From Isurus oxyrinchus (lineage: Eukaryota): a stretch of DNA of 64,000 nucleotides. Below, in pieces: positions 1-13,700 of this stretch. A model generated the notes under the pieces. That model worked only from the letters and a program-made list of their open reading frames with translations. It was not told the DNA's origin and searched no databases. The stretch's first letter is position 1, and each line of letters starts with the position of its first letter. The translations under genes were made by a program, and so were the position numbers. The DNA is taken from contig JANJGN010000038.1 in the NCBI GenBank assembly GCA_026770705.1, positions 9,486,001 through 9,550,000 of the forward strand, in the 5' to 3' direction.

Positions 1-1289
1 TTTCAACTGAAGATCGTTTAAAATTGTAATTATTTATTAATAACCAATCTGCTGTATGCTCTTGTTTATAAAGTGATTCCAGACTGTCCAAGTCATTTCC
101 CAGCTGAAGTTAACTGTCTCAGGTGATCAGATGAAATGTGGATTACATCACCACGAGAATAAGGGCAGTTTATTGGCAAATGATCACATCAGCATCTCAC
201 AGAAGTTCCTGTCTATACAGTGAGTCTGTGATCATTTGTGGAAGCAACATGGACAAATTGAAACTGTACCTGTTGTGAGGTTAATATAACTGTAATTCTA
301 TGGTTTATTACTCCTAGGGATGGAAAGGGTTGAAACATTCCTTGATCTCCAGGGAATTTTCAATCTTTTGTTTCTGCAACTTTTGAGTGTTACTTCCACT
401 CTTTCCACGACAACTGCACTAATCCTTTTTGCACTGAATATTCTGCTTCTATACTGTATGTTCCATGTAATGACTCAGGCTCTTTGTAGCATAAACAGAT
501 GCAGGGTCGATGTATTACAAACAGATATATGGGCTGGTGCAGTATTAACAAAGCTAGGGCCTGTTGTAATGGAAACAGAGATAATCTAGTGCGGTGATAA
601 CAGAGACAGGACCCGGTGTAATATAAGCAAAGATATGTACTACTGCATTAATAGCAGAGATAGGTCCTAGTGTAAAGATAGAAGAAATAAGTCTTTGTTT
701 AATCACAATGGATACAATACTTTGCACAATGATATCCAAAATAGGTACCAGTTTATCGCTAAGTGATTACTGTCAAATTCATCAATGTTAGGAACATGTT
801 ACTGTTGAAAATAGACGGGAACAATGTTCCCATAGTAAGAGCAGAGTATTAAATTGGATGGATAAGCAGGTTATTTTCTGGCTGGAACAGTGGCGGGAGT
901 GAGTGAAGTGTAATAATTACCGAAATACGAGGCAATGCAATAAGAATGGACTCAGAGCCCAGTGTGATTCCAGCAAAGGCATTGTTTAATTTTAGTGTAA
1001 CGAGGACAGTTTTCGATCCAATACTAACAGCCGCAGGTTGCAGTGTATTACTGAACACATCACTGAATCCAGTGTGCTGAGAGCACAGTCGGCGTCTAGT
1101 GCATCAAAACCGAAGTTAAGGTGTCATACATTAGTGCATGTGATTCCGAAAACGTTGCAAATAAGTTGCCGAATAACAGAATCAAGGACCATTGAACTCT
1201 GAATGGAATAAGGTTTGCAATGGGAACTGTGAACAGATCATGTCCGTGTTGAATATTTGGCAACAATCTCAGTCGTGGCTCAGAATATT

Positions 1290-1475
1290 TGGGTTCCAGT
1301 CTCTCTCCAGTTAAAATCCTAGAACTCTCTCCCTAACAACACTGCAGGTGTACCTACACCATGTGGACTGCAGTGGTTCAAGAAGGCAGTTCACCACCAC
1401 CTTCTCAAGGGAAATATGGGATGGGCAATAAATGTTGGCCCAGCCAGCGAAGCTCGCATGCCGTGAATGAATGAG
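1290..1475 (+). mobile_element. 3' tail of a CR1-like LINE family (tail shared with Deu-type SINEs)
   Basis: GGACTGCAGTGGTTCAAGAAGGCAG-TCACCACCACCTTCTCAAGGG...GGGATGGGCAATAAATG; the same tail recurs at ~32530, ~57330 and ~61290. Confidence 0.75.
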
Positions 1476-2689
1476 AAAAAGAGACTGGACCCCATAAACT
1501 GGGTGGGTTCTGCAGGTGTCAGTATAAATTCAAGTTTAATTGTTTTTACGTCCTTCTGCCCAATATGTTCTTATAGTCAGAATCGATGAGAGAATATAGC
1601 AGACAGAACAATCCTGTACAGTGTCCCTATCCAGCCAGACAGGGGTTCCTGCGACACAATCGCACGTTTGACTAGCGCGTTCACTGAAAAACAATTCTTC
1701 CAGTTAAATTAATGAAACAAGTGGCGATGACATGGCCCGGGCAGATTGGAGCCTGGTATAATAATGATCACAGAGACAGCCTGTAACATATGAATGACAG
1801 AGGCCATTTTTACCGCTTGTACTCTTGTATTGAGCGAGGTAGATGAGCAAAGAAATCCGAATGTAAATGTAATGCAAACTGGAAGGAAGCAGTTGTGTTT
1901 TGGGGATAGTGCAGGCTCCTATGCAATGATGAGCGGGGGAGGGAATTGTGTGATAAGAAAGTCATGGAGATATCATGACAAAGGCCCGTGTGACTGACTC
2001 CACCTGACTAAGAATGTTTATACCCAAGGGGGAGGCAATAAGGACATGGAGACTGCAGAGGTTCTGATATCTGAGCTGACACTGACGCACCTGACAGAGG
2101 AACAGAAACGGATCTGTTCCTTCACAGTTTATCCTGCAGTTTTGGAGTTGCACAGAGGCACACGGGCCGAATCTGACAGCTCAAACAAACCGACATTTTC
2201 AATCTTCTGCTTGATTTTCATTGTGACTGAAAAGGTCAAATAGCAAAATTTCCCCAGAGCAAAATTCCGTGCCACAGAGATTCAGGAGGTGGGGATTTTC
2301 TGATCAGAGTTCGATCCAGGGGCATTCACTTGGAGTTTATAAATAGCGTCTTGAAAGATAGCTGACAATTATCAGCATTACACGTACAGACACTTTCAGA
2401 CGGCAGGATTAGCGCACCAGCTAAACTGTGTAATTATCACATTTTATTTGGGCTCAATAAAGGACAGAGGAGGTGCCGAAATGATACTGCAACAAGAAGA
2501 TACATAAATACAGAAAAATAAACAGTAAGAAGAGCAGAGAATCATTGAAAAAGTCCTTAAACCTATTGTGCCTGTGTCGGCTCTTTTAAAGGTCTGTCCA
2601 ATATTCCCCATAATGGTCAGGATATGCAGGGGAAGGTGGCAGGTTGGATCCAAATTTGTCTCATGACAGGAAACAAAGTGCAATGGTCA

Positions 2690-3740
2690 ATGGGTGTTTC
2701 TGCGAAATGGAAACGGTTCCCAGTGCTTTTCCACAACGCTCAGTGCTGGGCTCTTGCTGTTTGTTGTGTTTATTAATAACTTAAACTTAAATGTGAGAGG
2801 CATGATTGGGAAATTTGCAGATGATGCAAAAGTTGGTCGTGTAGTGGAGAGACTAGCTGTGTGTTCCAAAATGACATGACTGGTTTGGTTGAGTAGACGA
2901 AGTGGCAAATGGGATTGAATTGGAGAAGTGTGAGCTAATGCATTTGAGAGGGGGAGGGGACAAAGCAAAGGAATTCTTAATAAAGAGGAAGATATTGAGA
3001 GGCTGAGGAAGAGCGAGACCTTCAGGTGGGTATTCACAGCTCCCCAAAAGTTGGCGGGACAGGTGGACAAGGTGGACAAGAAAACATATGCAATGTTTTT
3101 CTTTATTGGGCGAGGTGTTGAACAGAAAAGCAAAGATGTAATAATGGAACTGTGTAAAACGCTGGTTCAACTACAGCTGGAGCTTTGCGTACAATCCTGG
3201 TCACCACGTTACAAGAAAGCATAATCGCTCGCAGAGAGCTTAGAGGAGATTTACAAGAATGTTGCCAGGGCTGGAAAATAGCAGCTATGAGGAGAGATTA
3301 TATAGGCTAGGGCTGTTTTCCTTAGAACAGAGAAGGCTAAGGGGTGACATGATTCAGGTGTACAAAATGATGAGGGGCCTAGATAGGGCAGACAGGGAAG
3401 AGTTGTCCCTCGTCACTGAGCCGTCAGTTATCAGGGGGAACAGAGTTAAGGTGATTGGTAGACAGATTAGCGGGGACATGAGGAAAAACATTTTCACCAA
3501 GATGGTGGTTGACATCTGGAATTCACTGCATAAGTTAGTGGTTGAAGTAGAAACGGTCAACCCATTTAAAAGGCACCTGGATCTGCATCTGAACTGATGT
3601 AACCTGCAAGGCTATGGACCAGGTGCTGGGAAGTGGGGTTAAAATGAGAGGCAAGTTTCTTTTATTCTTGGCCAGTGCAATCACAATGGGCTGAATGGCC
3701 TCTTCCTGCACCATAACTTTTCTAGGGTTCTATGTTTCTA
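2690..3740 (+). mobile_element. CR1-type LINE 3' fragment (degenerate RT C-terminus and 3' UTR)
   Basis: FINNL...KFADDAKVG and YEERLYRLGLFSLEQRRLRGDMI motifs, frameshifted, ending in (TTCTATG)-like tail repeats. Confidence 0.88.
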
Positions 3741-5139
3741 TTATCTGACAGTTTTTAAGCTCTAAAGTATGTATACTCTTTCCAAAGTTGGATTCGCTTC
3801 TGCTATCATTTCAGGTTGTTCTTTCCAGCTCATGACAACTCACCGTGTTAAAAAATTCAGTTCTAATCTCACCATCCAGTTGAATTAATCTGAATCTGTC
3901 ATCTCTGATCACTGATTGTTGTGCCAGTTGAAACGGGCTCTCTTTATTTACTCCATCAAACCTTTAGTGATTTTGAACATGTGTATGAAAGAGATGTAGA
4001 GATGGAGAGAGATGCCAGAACTGACACAGAGCATAAAACTGAGTGAGGTTAAAGAGAAATAAGGAAGAGGCGGCGTGAGAGGTAAGTTCAGAATTAAAGC
4101 CAACAAGCAACACAGAGCAAATGTCACAAAATATAAGGGAGCAAGCGGTCATTTCCCAGCTTTAGAGAACAGGGGAAGTTCAGTGAATGATCCACAGACA
4201 CATCCAGTTGTGTCCTGGAATGGCAACTCGAAATAGAAATAGATCACAGCAGCCCCATTTGTAAATCTCACCGCAATGTGATCTTTTTGATGCTGCACTG
4301 ACTCTGTGGCCAGATATAGGCCGCCTTCACAGATGTTTCCACCAGATTGTGGCCCCTAGATTTATTTACTGCTCAGAAGTGAGATGTGTGGTTAGGAACC
4401 AGCAGCAAAGAAACAGGAAGTGGTGTTACCTGAGCAGCCGTCAGTTTGATGTTATCACCATGAACAGTCTTCCTGCCTGTGAGGGTGAACTCACTCTGAC
4501 AGCATCAAGAAGCCCAGCATAGATTGTTCCTAGTTTTTACATTGCATTCACCTCCATTCCCATATAAAAAACAAAACATATGAGTTTCTATTGGTTGTAG
4601 CATGTTTATTGAAGGTGGAAGTGGATTAAGGATTATCACTGGGAGAAAAAAATTAAAAAAAATTAAAAATCCTTCACGGATGACTCTTTGGGTAAAGAAT
4701 GTTTTAAATGAATCATGTGTTGTCTGGCAAAGGGACAAGAGAGTTAAATGGCCTCTGTGTAAGAGCGGGGTTAAATAATTTATGTTGTGTCTGAGACAGT
4801 TTAAGTGAGTAAATTGCTGTTTTGGAAAGAAAAGAGGACAAGATGGGCTGAGCTGTTGAGAGAGAGAGAGAGAGAGAGACACAGAGAGAGAGATAAGAGA
4901 TTAAATGTGTTTCATGAAGCTTGCCTATCCATCCATCTATCTATCTGTCCGTCCGTCCGTCCATCCATCCGTCCATCCGTCTATGAGATGGTGTTTAGTG
5001 TAGTCTTAAATGAGCTGTGGCCTAGTGTGTTGTAAACATGAACAGTGTTTGGATCAGTCTAACTGAGGAACATCCTTGTGTAATTTAAAAGCATTCCAGC
5101 TTGAAGGTGATAACTCAGACTAGCCTAATTTAATAGAAA

Positions 5140-5850
5140 TAGAGATATGGACTATTTTAATATTAGATGAAGTAGGTTCGGCTGTAACAGTAACGGAGAC
5201 ATTGTTTAAAGCAGAAAAACTGAGGCTGAATCCACTGCAGCCATTACATATAAAGTAACTGGAGGAAAATAATTTCATTCAGTGCCTAAGGGCAGTGATT
5301 TATGATACAGGGTTTGATGAATATAAACGGAGACACGGTCAAGTGCACTGGCTGATGATACAGGGTTTGATCAGTAACAACTGAGGCAGGGCCTAGTGCA
5401 GTGATTGACAATACAGGGCCTAGATTAATATCAATTGAAACAGGACCTAGTGAAGGAATTACTTATTAAGCTCCTTGATGAATATAAACTGAGACGAGGT
5501 CCAGTAGCAGTGATTAGTGTAACAGGGTCTAGATTTAAATGAATTGAGGCATGGTAAAGTGCAGTGATTACTGAAACAAGACCGAGATTGATATAAACTG
5601 GGACAGTGCCTAGTGCAGCGATGACTGTTACTGTGCAGAGATTAATGTAAACTGAGACAATGCCTAGTGAAGGAATTACTGATTAAGAGCCTTGGTGAAT
5701 ATAAAGTGGGGCAGGGGCAAGTGCAGTGATTACTGATGTAAGGCCTAGATTTATATAAAGTGAGGGAGGGTCAAGTTCTGTGAATACTGATACTGGACCT
5801 GGGTTAAAATGAACAGAACAGAATCTAGTGCCGCCATTACCAATACATCA
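5140..5850. repeat. Degenerate copy of the 27/54-bp satellite family
   Basis: Recurrent ACTGAGACAGGG/GTGCAGTGATTACTGA motifs. Similar patches occur at ~480-1120, 24120-24260, 25365-25600 and 32030-32390. Confidence 0.75.
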
Positions 5851-7200
5851 CCTGACATAGGTGTACAACCTCATATCCCTCACTTGGGAAGGGGACTGCA
5901 TGCTGAGGGAGGTCAGGAATCCTCTGAATATGAGTCTACTCAAGAAGGGAGACAAGTCTAATTGCATTAACCCAAAAGAATCCCCTTTGCTGTCTTCCAG
6001 AGGGAAGATTATTGCAAGCATCCTCCTTAGTGACACACTTACCATGACCACAGAGCTCTTTACAGAGACGCAGTGACATTTTCACCCATCGAGAGGCACC
6101 ATGATGTTCACTGTGTGGCAAATCAATGAGAAAGGCCACGAGCAGCAGCAACAGCTGCACAAGGCCTTGCTTCGCATCACAAATGCCTTTTCCTCTGCCG
6201 ACGATTAAGACATATGGAGTATCCCCTCAAATCTGGTGCCGTCAGAAATTTTTCACCATCCTCCATCTGTTCCACAGGGGATTGCAAGCCCTGATCCTCA
6301 CCAGCGGAACCAGCATGGATCCTACCTCTGTGAAAACTGGGGTCAGACAGGCTTGTGTAACCGCACCAACCCTCTCCTCATTGTTTTCTCTATGTAATAG
6401 TTCACCTCACCTCCAGAGGATTACCCACAGGTTGGAGATAATCTAGCGAACAGACAGGAAACTGTTGATCCTACACCACCTTCAATCCAAAACAAAAATC
6501 TCCCAGCATCATTCACTGAGCTTCAGTAACCTTCTGGTTCTTGTGTGCACCCTTACTGAAAACTGAGCTCCAGTTTATTGTTGACAACTTCTTTGAAGGA
6601 TATGAAAAAATTGCCTTTCCATTAAACACCCAGAAAGATAAGACTCACTTCCAAACAGCCCCCAGACCACAAAACCTCCCCCATTGGCAAGATCCTGAAA
6701 ATGTGGATCTTCTTCAATATCTTCGGAGACTCCTCTCTAGGAAGGCAGAAATAGGCAACAAAACTCATCATCGAGTCTAATGCAGAGGGCCAGCCTTTGG
6801 CCGACAGACGATCACAGTATTTGAGGATTAGAATTCCAAACCCAAGTCTCTGGCCATGGTATACTGGGCAGCAGTGATCTCCAAGCACCTAAATGTTTCT
6901 GGACTTGGACAACGTCGAGTAGGCACCTCTAAGTTCTGAAGAATTAATACCAGCAGTGCCATTAGAAGGTTCTACAAACCCAATGTGAGGAAAGGCAGTC
7001 AAACAGCAGTGTCCTCTCTCAAACCAACATACCCAACAGAGAGACCCTCATCACTCAATAGCGACTCTGCTGGGTGGAACATATGGTTCGTATGCTGAAC
7101 ACAAAACTCCCAAAGTCATTAATCCACTTGGAACTCTGTCTCGGCAGGAGGCAAATAGAGTGCTTGAGGGATGTGCTCAAAGCATCCCAGAAATGTTCGC
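5850..7200 (+). mobile_element. RTE-like LINE reverse transcriptase relic
   Basis: KKGDKSNC...LLS..GKIIA and VKTGVRQACVTAPTL (cf. RTE GVKQGCVLAPTLF); many stops and frameshifts. Confidence 0.75.
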
Positions 7201-7289
7201 ACATATCTGCCAGTTCATGGGGGTCCCTAGTTTGTGGCTGACCAAAATCAAAGAAGCTTATTCGGGAAGGCTGATGTCCACTAATATCC

Positions 7290-7620
7290 TTCAGGGGAGT
7301 CATGCCAGGGTCACTCAGCTCCTGATCCCATTACAGCCTTGGTCCAAACATGGACAAATGAGCTAAAATCTAAAGTTGAGGTGAAAGTAATAGCCTTTGA
7401 TATGAAGGCAGCATCTGTCAGAGTGTGGCATCAAGGAGTCTTAGCAAAACTGGAGTCAATGGGAATCAGGGGGGAAACTCTCTGTTGGTCAGTGTCATCT
7501 GTAACACAGACGAAGCTGGTTGTGGTTGTTGGAGAATTAATCATCTCAGTTCCAGAACATCACTGCAGTTGTTAATTAGAGTAATGCCCTAGGTCCAACC
7601 ATCTTTAGCAGAGTCTGCAG
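7290..7620 (+). mobile_element. LINE RT fragment
   Basis: VIAFDMKAASVRVWHQGVLAKLESMGIRG (RT motif A region); same family as 27040-28990. Confidence 0.75.
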
Positions 7621-7719
7621 ATGGCGCATTGGGCCTAACAGCCAAATCAGAACATATCGAAGTGGCATGGCAGCATGTCATCCTCGATCCTGAGGGAATT
7701 CCTAAGAAGAAGGAGACAG

Positions 7720-10700
7720 TCTCTAGATGAATTTAAACCGAGACAGAACATCGTGCAGTGATTACTGATTCAGGTTCTAGATTAATCTGTACGTCTATTA
7801 CAGAAACAGGGGTGAGATTGGTATTAACGAAAATAGAGTCTAGTGCAGTAATAACTTAACAGATCTTAAGTATTATAAGCGGAGTAGGGGCATTGTGCAG
7901 TAATTATAGATACAGTACCTCGATTACTATAAACTGAGTTAGTGCCTATTACAGTGAATGCTGATACAGGGCTTAGAATAAAACAACCTGAGACAGCATC
8001 TACTACAGTGATTGCAGAGACAGGGCCTAGATTTATATAAACGGAGACAGGGTTTGTTAGCGTAATTTCTGATACAGTGCCTCGGTTAATATAAGCTCAG
8101 ACAGGGCCTTTTACATTGATTAGTAATACAGGGCCGAGATTAATTTAAGCTACGACTGGATCGATTACAGAGAGTACTGATGCAAGGTAAAGATTCATAT
8201 AAACTGAGGCAGGGTCTATTACAGTGATTCCTGATACAGGGTCTATATTCATATAAATTGAGACAGGGTCAATCACAATGATTATTGATACAGGCTCTAA
8301 ATTAATATTGGCTGTGGGCAGGGTTCATTACAGTAATTACCAATACAATATCTGTATTAATATAAAAAGAGACGTGGTCTATCACAGTGATTACTGATAC
8401 AAGGTCTGTATTAATATAAAGTCTATTACACTGATTATTGATACAAGGTATGGATTGATATCAGCTGAGGCTGTGCTTATCATGGTGACTACTCACACAA
8501 GTTTTGGATTAACATAAACTGAGACAGGGTCTATTACAATAATTACCAATACAATTCCCGTATTAATATAAACTGACACAGGGTCTATTACAGAGATAAC
8601 TGATACAAGCTATGAATACCTATCAACTGAGGCAGGGTCTATTACAGTAATTCTGACACAAAGAATGGATTCATACCAACTGAGAAACCATCTATTACAG
8701 TTGTCACTGATGCATTGTCTGCGTTAATATAAGCTGAGACGGGGTCTGTCACAGTTATTAATGATCAATGGTCTAGATTAATATGAACTTAGACAAGGTA
8801 TATTATAGTGATTACTGATAAATTATGTATTAATACAAACTGAGAAAGGGTCTATTACAATGATTACTGATACAAGTATGGATTCATATCAACTAATACA
8901 GGGCGATTACAGTGATTACTGAAACAGGGTCTGGATTAATATAAACAGAGACAAGATCTATTAAAGTGATTACTGATATATGGTATGGATTAGAATAACC
9001 TGACAGGGCCTGTTGCAATGATTTCTAATACCGGGTCTAGATTAATATAAACAGAGACAGGGTCTATTACAGTGATTACCAATACAAGATATGGATTGAT
9101 ATAAACTAAGTCAGGGTCAGCTTCAGTGATTACTGATGCAAGGTATGGATTAATAGCAAATGAGACAGGATCTGTAACAGGGATTACTGTTACACTATAT
9201 GGACTGATGTAAACTGAGACAGGGTCTTCTACAATGATTACTGAGACAATGTCTGCATTAATATAAACTGAGACAGGGACTATTATAGTGAAGTATGGAT
9301 TAATTTCAACAGAGTCAAGGTCATTACAGTGAATAATGATACAGGGTCTAGATGAATATAAACAGACACAGGGTCTCTTACACTGATTACTGATGCAAGG
9401 TATGGATTAACAAAAATATCAGACAGGGTTTATTACAGCGATTATTGATGCATTGTTTGGATTAAAATAAATGGAGACAGAGTATATTACAGTAACTATC
9501 AGTACAATGTCTTTATTAATATTAACTGGGACAGGGTCTATTACAGTGATTACTGATACAAGGCCTGGATTAATATAAAATGAGACAGGGTCTATTACAG
9601 TGATTACTGAAGCAAGGTATGGATTAATCACAACTGAGTCAGGGTCCATTACAGTGATTAATGATACAGGGTTTGGCTGAATATAAACTAAGGCAGGGAC
9701 TATTACAGCGATTAGCAATGCAATGTATGGATTAATATCAACTGAGTCAGGGCCCATTACAGTGATTACTGATATGGGGTCTAGATCAATATAAACTGAG
9801 GAAGGGATTATTACAGTGATTACCGGTGCAAGGTATGGATTAATATAAACTGAGTCATGGCATGTTACAGTGATTACTGATACAAGGAATTGATACATGT
9901 CAACTGAGACAAGGTCGATTATAGTGATGACTGATGCAATGTCTGGGTTAATATAAACTTGGACAGGGTATATTCGAGTGATTACTGATACATGGTATCG
10001 ATTAAAATTAACTGAGACAGGGTCTGTTACATTTATCAATGATAATTGGTCTAAATGATTATAAACTGAGACAGGGTCTCTTCCAGTGATTACTGATGCA
10101 AGGTATGGACTAATAAAAAATGAGACAGGGTTTATTACAGCGATTATTGATGCATTGCATGGATTAAAAGAAACTGAGACAGAGTATACTACAGTAATTA
10201 CCAATACTTATTAATATTAACTGGGACAGGGTCTATTACAGTGATTACTGATACAAGGCCTGGATTAATATAAAATGAGACAGGGTCTATTACTGTTATT
10301 ACCGATGCAAGGTATGGATTAATCATAACTGAGTCAGGGTCCAATATAGTGATTACTGATACAGGGTCCAGATGAATATAAACTGAGGCAGGGACTATTA
10401 CAGCGATTAGCAATGCAATGTATGGATTAACATAAACTAAGACAGGGTCTCTAACATTGGTTACTGAAACAAGGTCTGTATTAATATAAACTGAGACAGG
10501 GTCTATTACTGTGATTAATGATACAAGGTATGGATTAATATCAACTGAGTCAGGGCCCATTACAGTGATTACTGATATAGGGTCTAGATCAATATAAACT
10601 GAAGCAGGGAATATTACCATGATTACCGGTGCATGGTATGGATTAATATAAACTGAGTCATGGTATGTTACAGTGATTACTGATTCAAGGAATGGATTCA

Positions 10701-13700
10701 TATCAGCTGAGACAAGATCTATTACAGTGATCACTGATGCAATGTCTGGGTTAATATAAACTTGGACAGGGTATATTCGAGTGATTACTGATACATGGTA
10801 CCGATTACAATTAGCTGAGACAGGGTCTGTTACATTTATTAATGATAAATGGTCTAGATTAATATAAACTGAGACAGGGTCTCTTCCAGTGATTACTGAT
10901 ACAGGGTATGGATTAATATAAAGTGAGACAAGGTCTATTACAATGATTACCAATACAAGGCTTGGATGGATACAAACATAGGCATTGTCTACTTCAGTGA
11001 TTACTGATACAAAGTATTGATGAATAGCAATTATGACAGGGTCTATTATGGTAATTACTGATACATGGTCTAGAATAATATAACCTGAGGCAGGGTCTAT
11101 ATCTGGGTCTATTACAGTGATTACTGATACAGAGTCTAGATTAATATAAATGGAGACAGGGTCAATCACAGTGATTATTGATACAAGATCTACATTAATA
11201 TAGACTTAGCACTGGGTCTATTACAGTAATTGCCAATACAATGTCTATGTTAATATAAACCGAAACATGGTCTATCACAGTGATTACTGAAACAAGGTAT
11301 GTACTAATATAAACTGAGACAGGGTCTGTTACAGTGATTACTGATACAAATTATGGATTAATTTAAACTGCGACAGGGTCTATTACAATGATTACAGATA
11401 AAAGGCATGGATTTGTATCAACTGAGATAGGGTTTATCACAGTGATTACTGATACAGTGTCTGGATTAGCATAAACTGAGACAAGGTCTTTTACTTTGAT
11501 TACTGATATATGGTACTGATTAACATAACTTGAAAGGGCCTGTTACAATGACTACCAACACAGGGCCTAGATTAATATAAACAGAGACATTGTCTATTAC
11601 AGTGATTACCAATACAAGGTTGGATTGATATAAATTCATTCAGAGTCTACTTCAATGATTACTGATACAAGGTATTGATTAATATCAACTGAGACAGGTA
11701 CTTTTATTTTGATTACTGAGACAAGGTCTGCATTAATATAAACCAAGGCATGGTCTATTACAGTGGTTACTGATACAAGGTGTCAATTAACATCAACTGA
11801 GTCAGGGTCAATTTCAGTGATGACTGATACAGGGTCTAGATGAATATAAACTGTGTCAAGGTCTATTGGAGTAATTACTATTACAAGTAATGGATTTACA
11901 TAAACTGAGACAGGGTGTATTACAGTCATTCCTGATGAAGGGTATGGATTAATAAATTGATGAACAGAGTTTATTGCAGTAATTAGTGATACAAGTAATG
12001 GCTTAATATCCACTGAGAAAGGGTGTATTACATTAATTACAAAAAACTATGCCTGTATTACTATAAACTGAGAGAGGGTATCTAACAGTTGTTATTGATA
12101 CCCAAGGTATGGATTAATAACAACTGAGGCAGGGTCTATTACAGTGCTTAGTAAACACAGTCTAGATTAGTGTAAATGGAGACAGGGACAGGGTCATTCA
12201 CAATGATTATTGATACAGAATCTAGATGAATACAGACTAAGGACAGGGCCTATTGCAGTAATTACCAATAGAATGCCTGTCTTAATTAGCGATTACTGAT
12301 ATAAGGTATGGATTAATATCACTGAGACAGAGCTTGTTATAGTGACTACAGATACAAGTTTTTAGATTAACATAAACTGAGACATGATTTATTACGGTAA
12401 TTACCAATGCAATGTCTGTGTTAATATAAACTGAGACAGTGCCTATTACAGAGCATATTGATGCAAGATATGGATTCATATCAATTGATAGAGGGTCAGT
12501 TAAAGTGATTACTGATACAGCGTCTGGCTTAATATAAATTGAGACAGGAATTACTGATACAAGTTATGGATTAATATAAACTGAGACAAGGCCTATTACA
12601 ATGATTAATGATATATGGTATGGATTAAAATAAACTCAGACAGGGTCTGTTACATTGATTTCTGATACAGAGTCTAGATTAATATAAACTAAGGCAGGGT
12701 CCATTAGAATAATTACCAATACGAGATCTGAATTAATATAAACTGAGACAAGGTATATTACTGTGATTACCAATAGAAGGCCAGTATTGATATAAACTAA
12801 GTCAGGGTCAGCATCAGTGATTACTGATTCAAGGTTTTGATTAATATCAACTGAGACAGGGCCTATTACAATGATTCGTGATACAGGATCAAGATTAATA
12901 TAAACTGAGAGAAGGCCTAATACAGTGATTACCGATGCAAGGCATGGATTAATATCAACTGAGATCGGGTCTATTACAGTGATTACTAATACAGGGTCTA
13001 GATTAATATAAACTGAAACAGGGTCTATTACAACGATTATTCAAACAAGGTCTAGATTAATATAAACTGAGTCAGCATCTATTAGACTAATTACTAATTC
13101 ACAGTCAGTATCAATATGAACTGAGACAGGGTCTATTACAGTGATTACTGATACAGGGTCTAGATTAATATAAATGGAGACAGTGTCAATCAGAATGATT
13201 ATTGATATAGGATCTACATTAATATGGACTCAGGACAGCGTCTATTTCAGTGAGTAATGATACAACTTATTGATTAATATAAACTGAGACAGGTACTATT
13301 ACAGTAATTACCAAAGCAATGTCCGTATTTATATGAACTGAGACAGGGTCTATTACACTGATAACTGATACAAGGCCTGCATTACTATAAATGGAGACAT
13401 AGTCTATTGCATTGATTACTGATAAAAGTCTTGGATTAACATAAACTGGAACAGGTTCTATTACATTAATTACCAATACAATGTCTCTATTAATATAATC
13501 TGAGACAGGGTCTATTACAGTGTTTACACTGATCCAAGATATGGATTCATATCAACTGAGATAGAGGCTATTACAGTGATTCCTGATACAGGGTCTGTAT
13601 TAATATAAAATGAGACAAGGCCTACTACAGTACTTACTGTTATATGGTATGAATTGAAATAAACTGAGACAGGGTCTCTTACAATGCTTACAGATACAGA

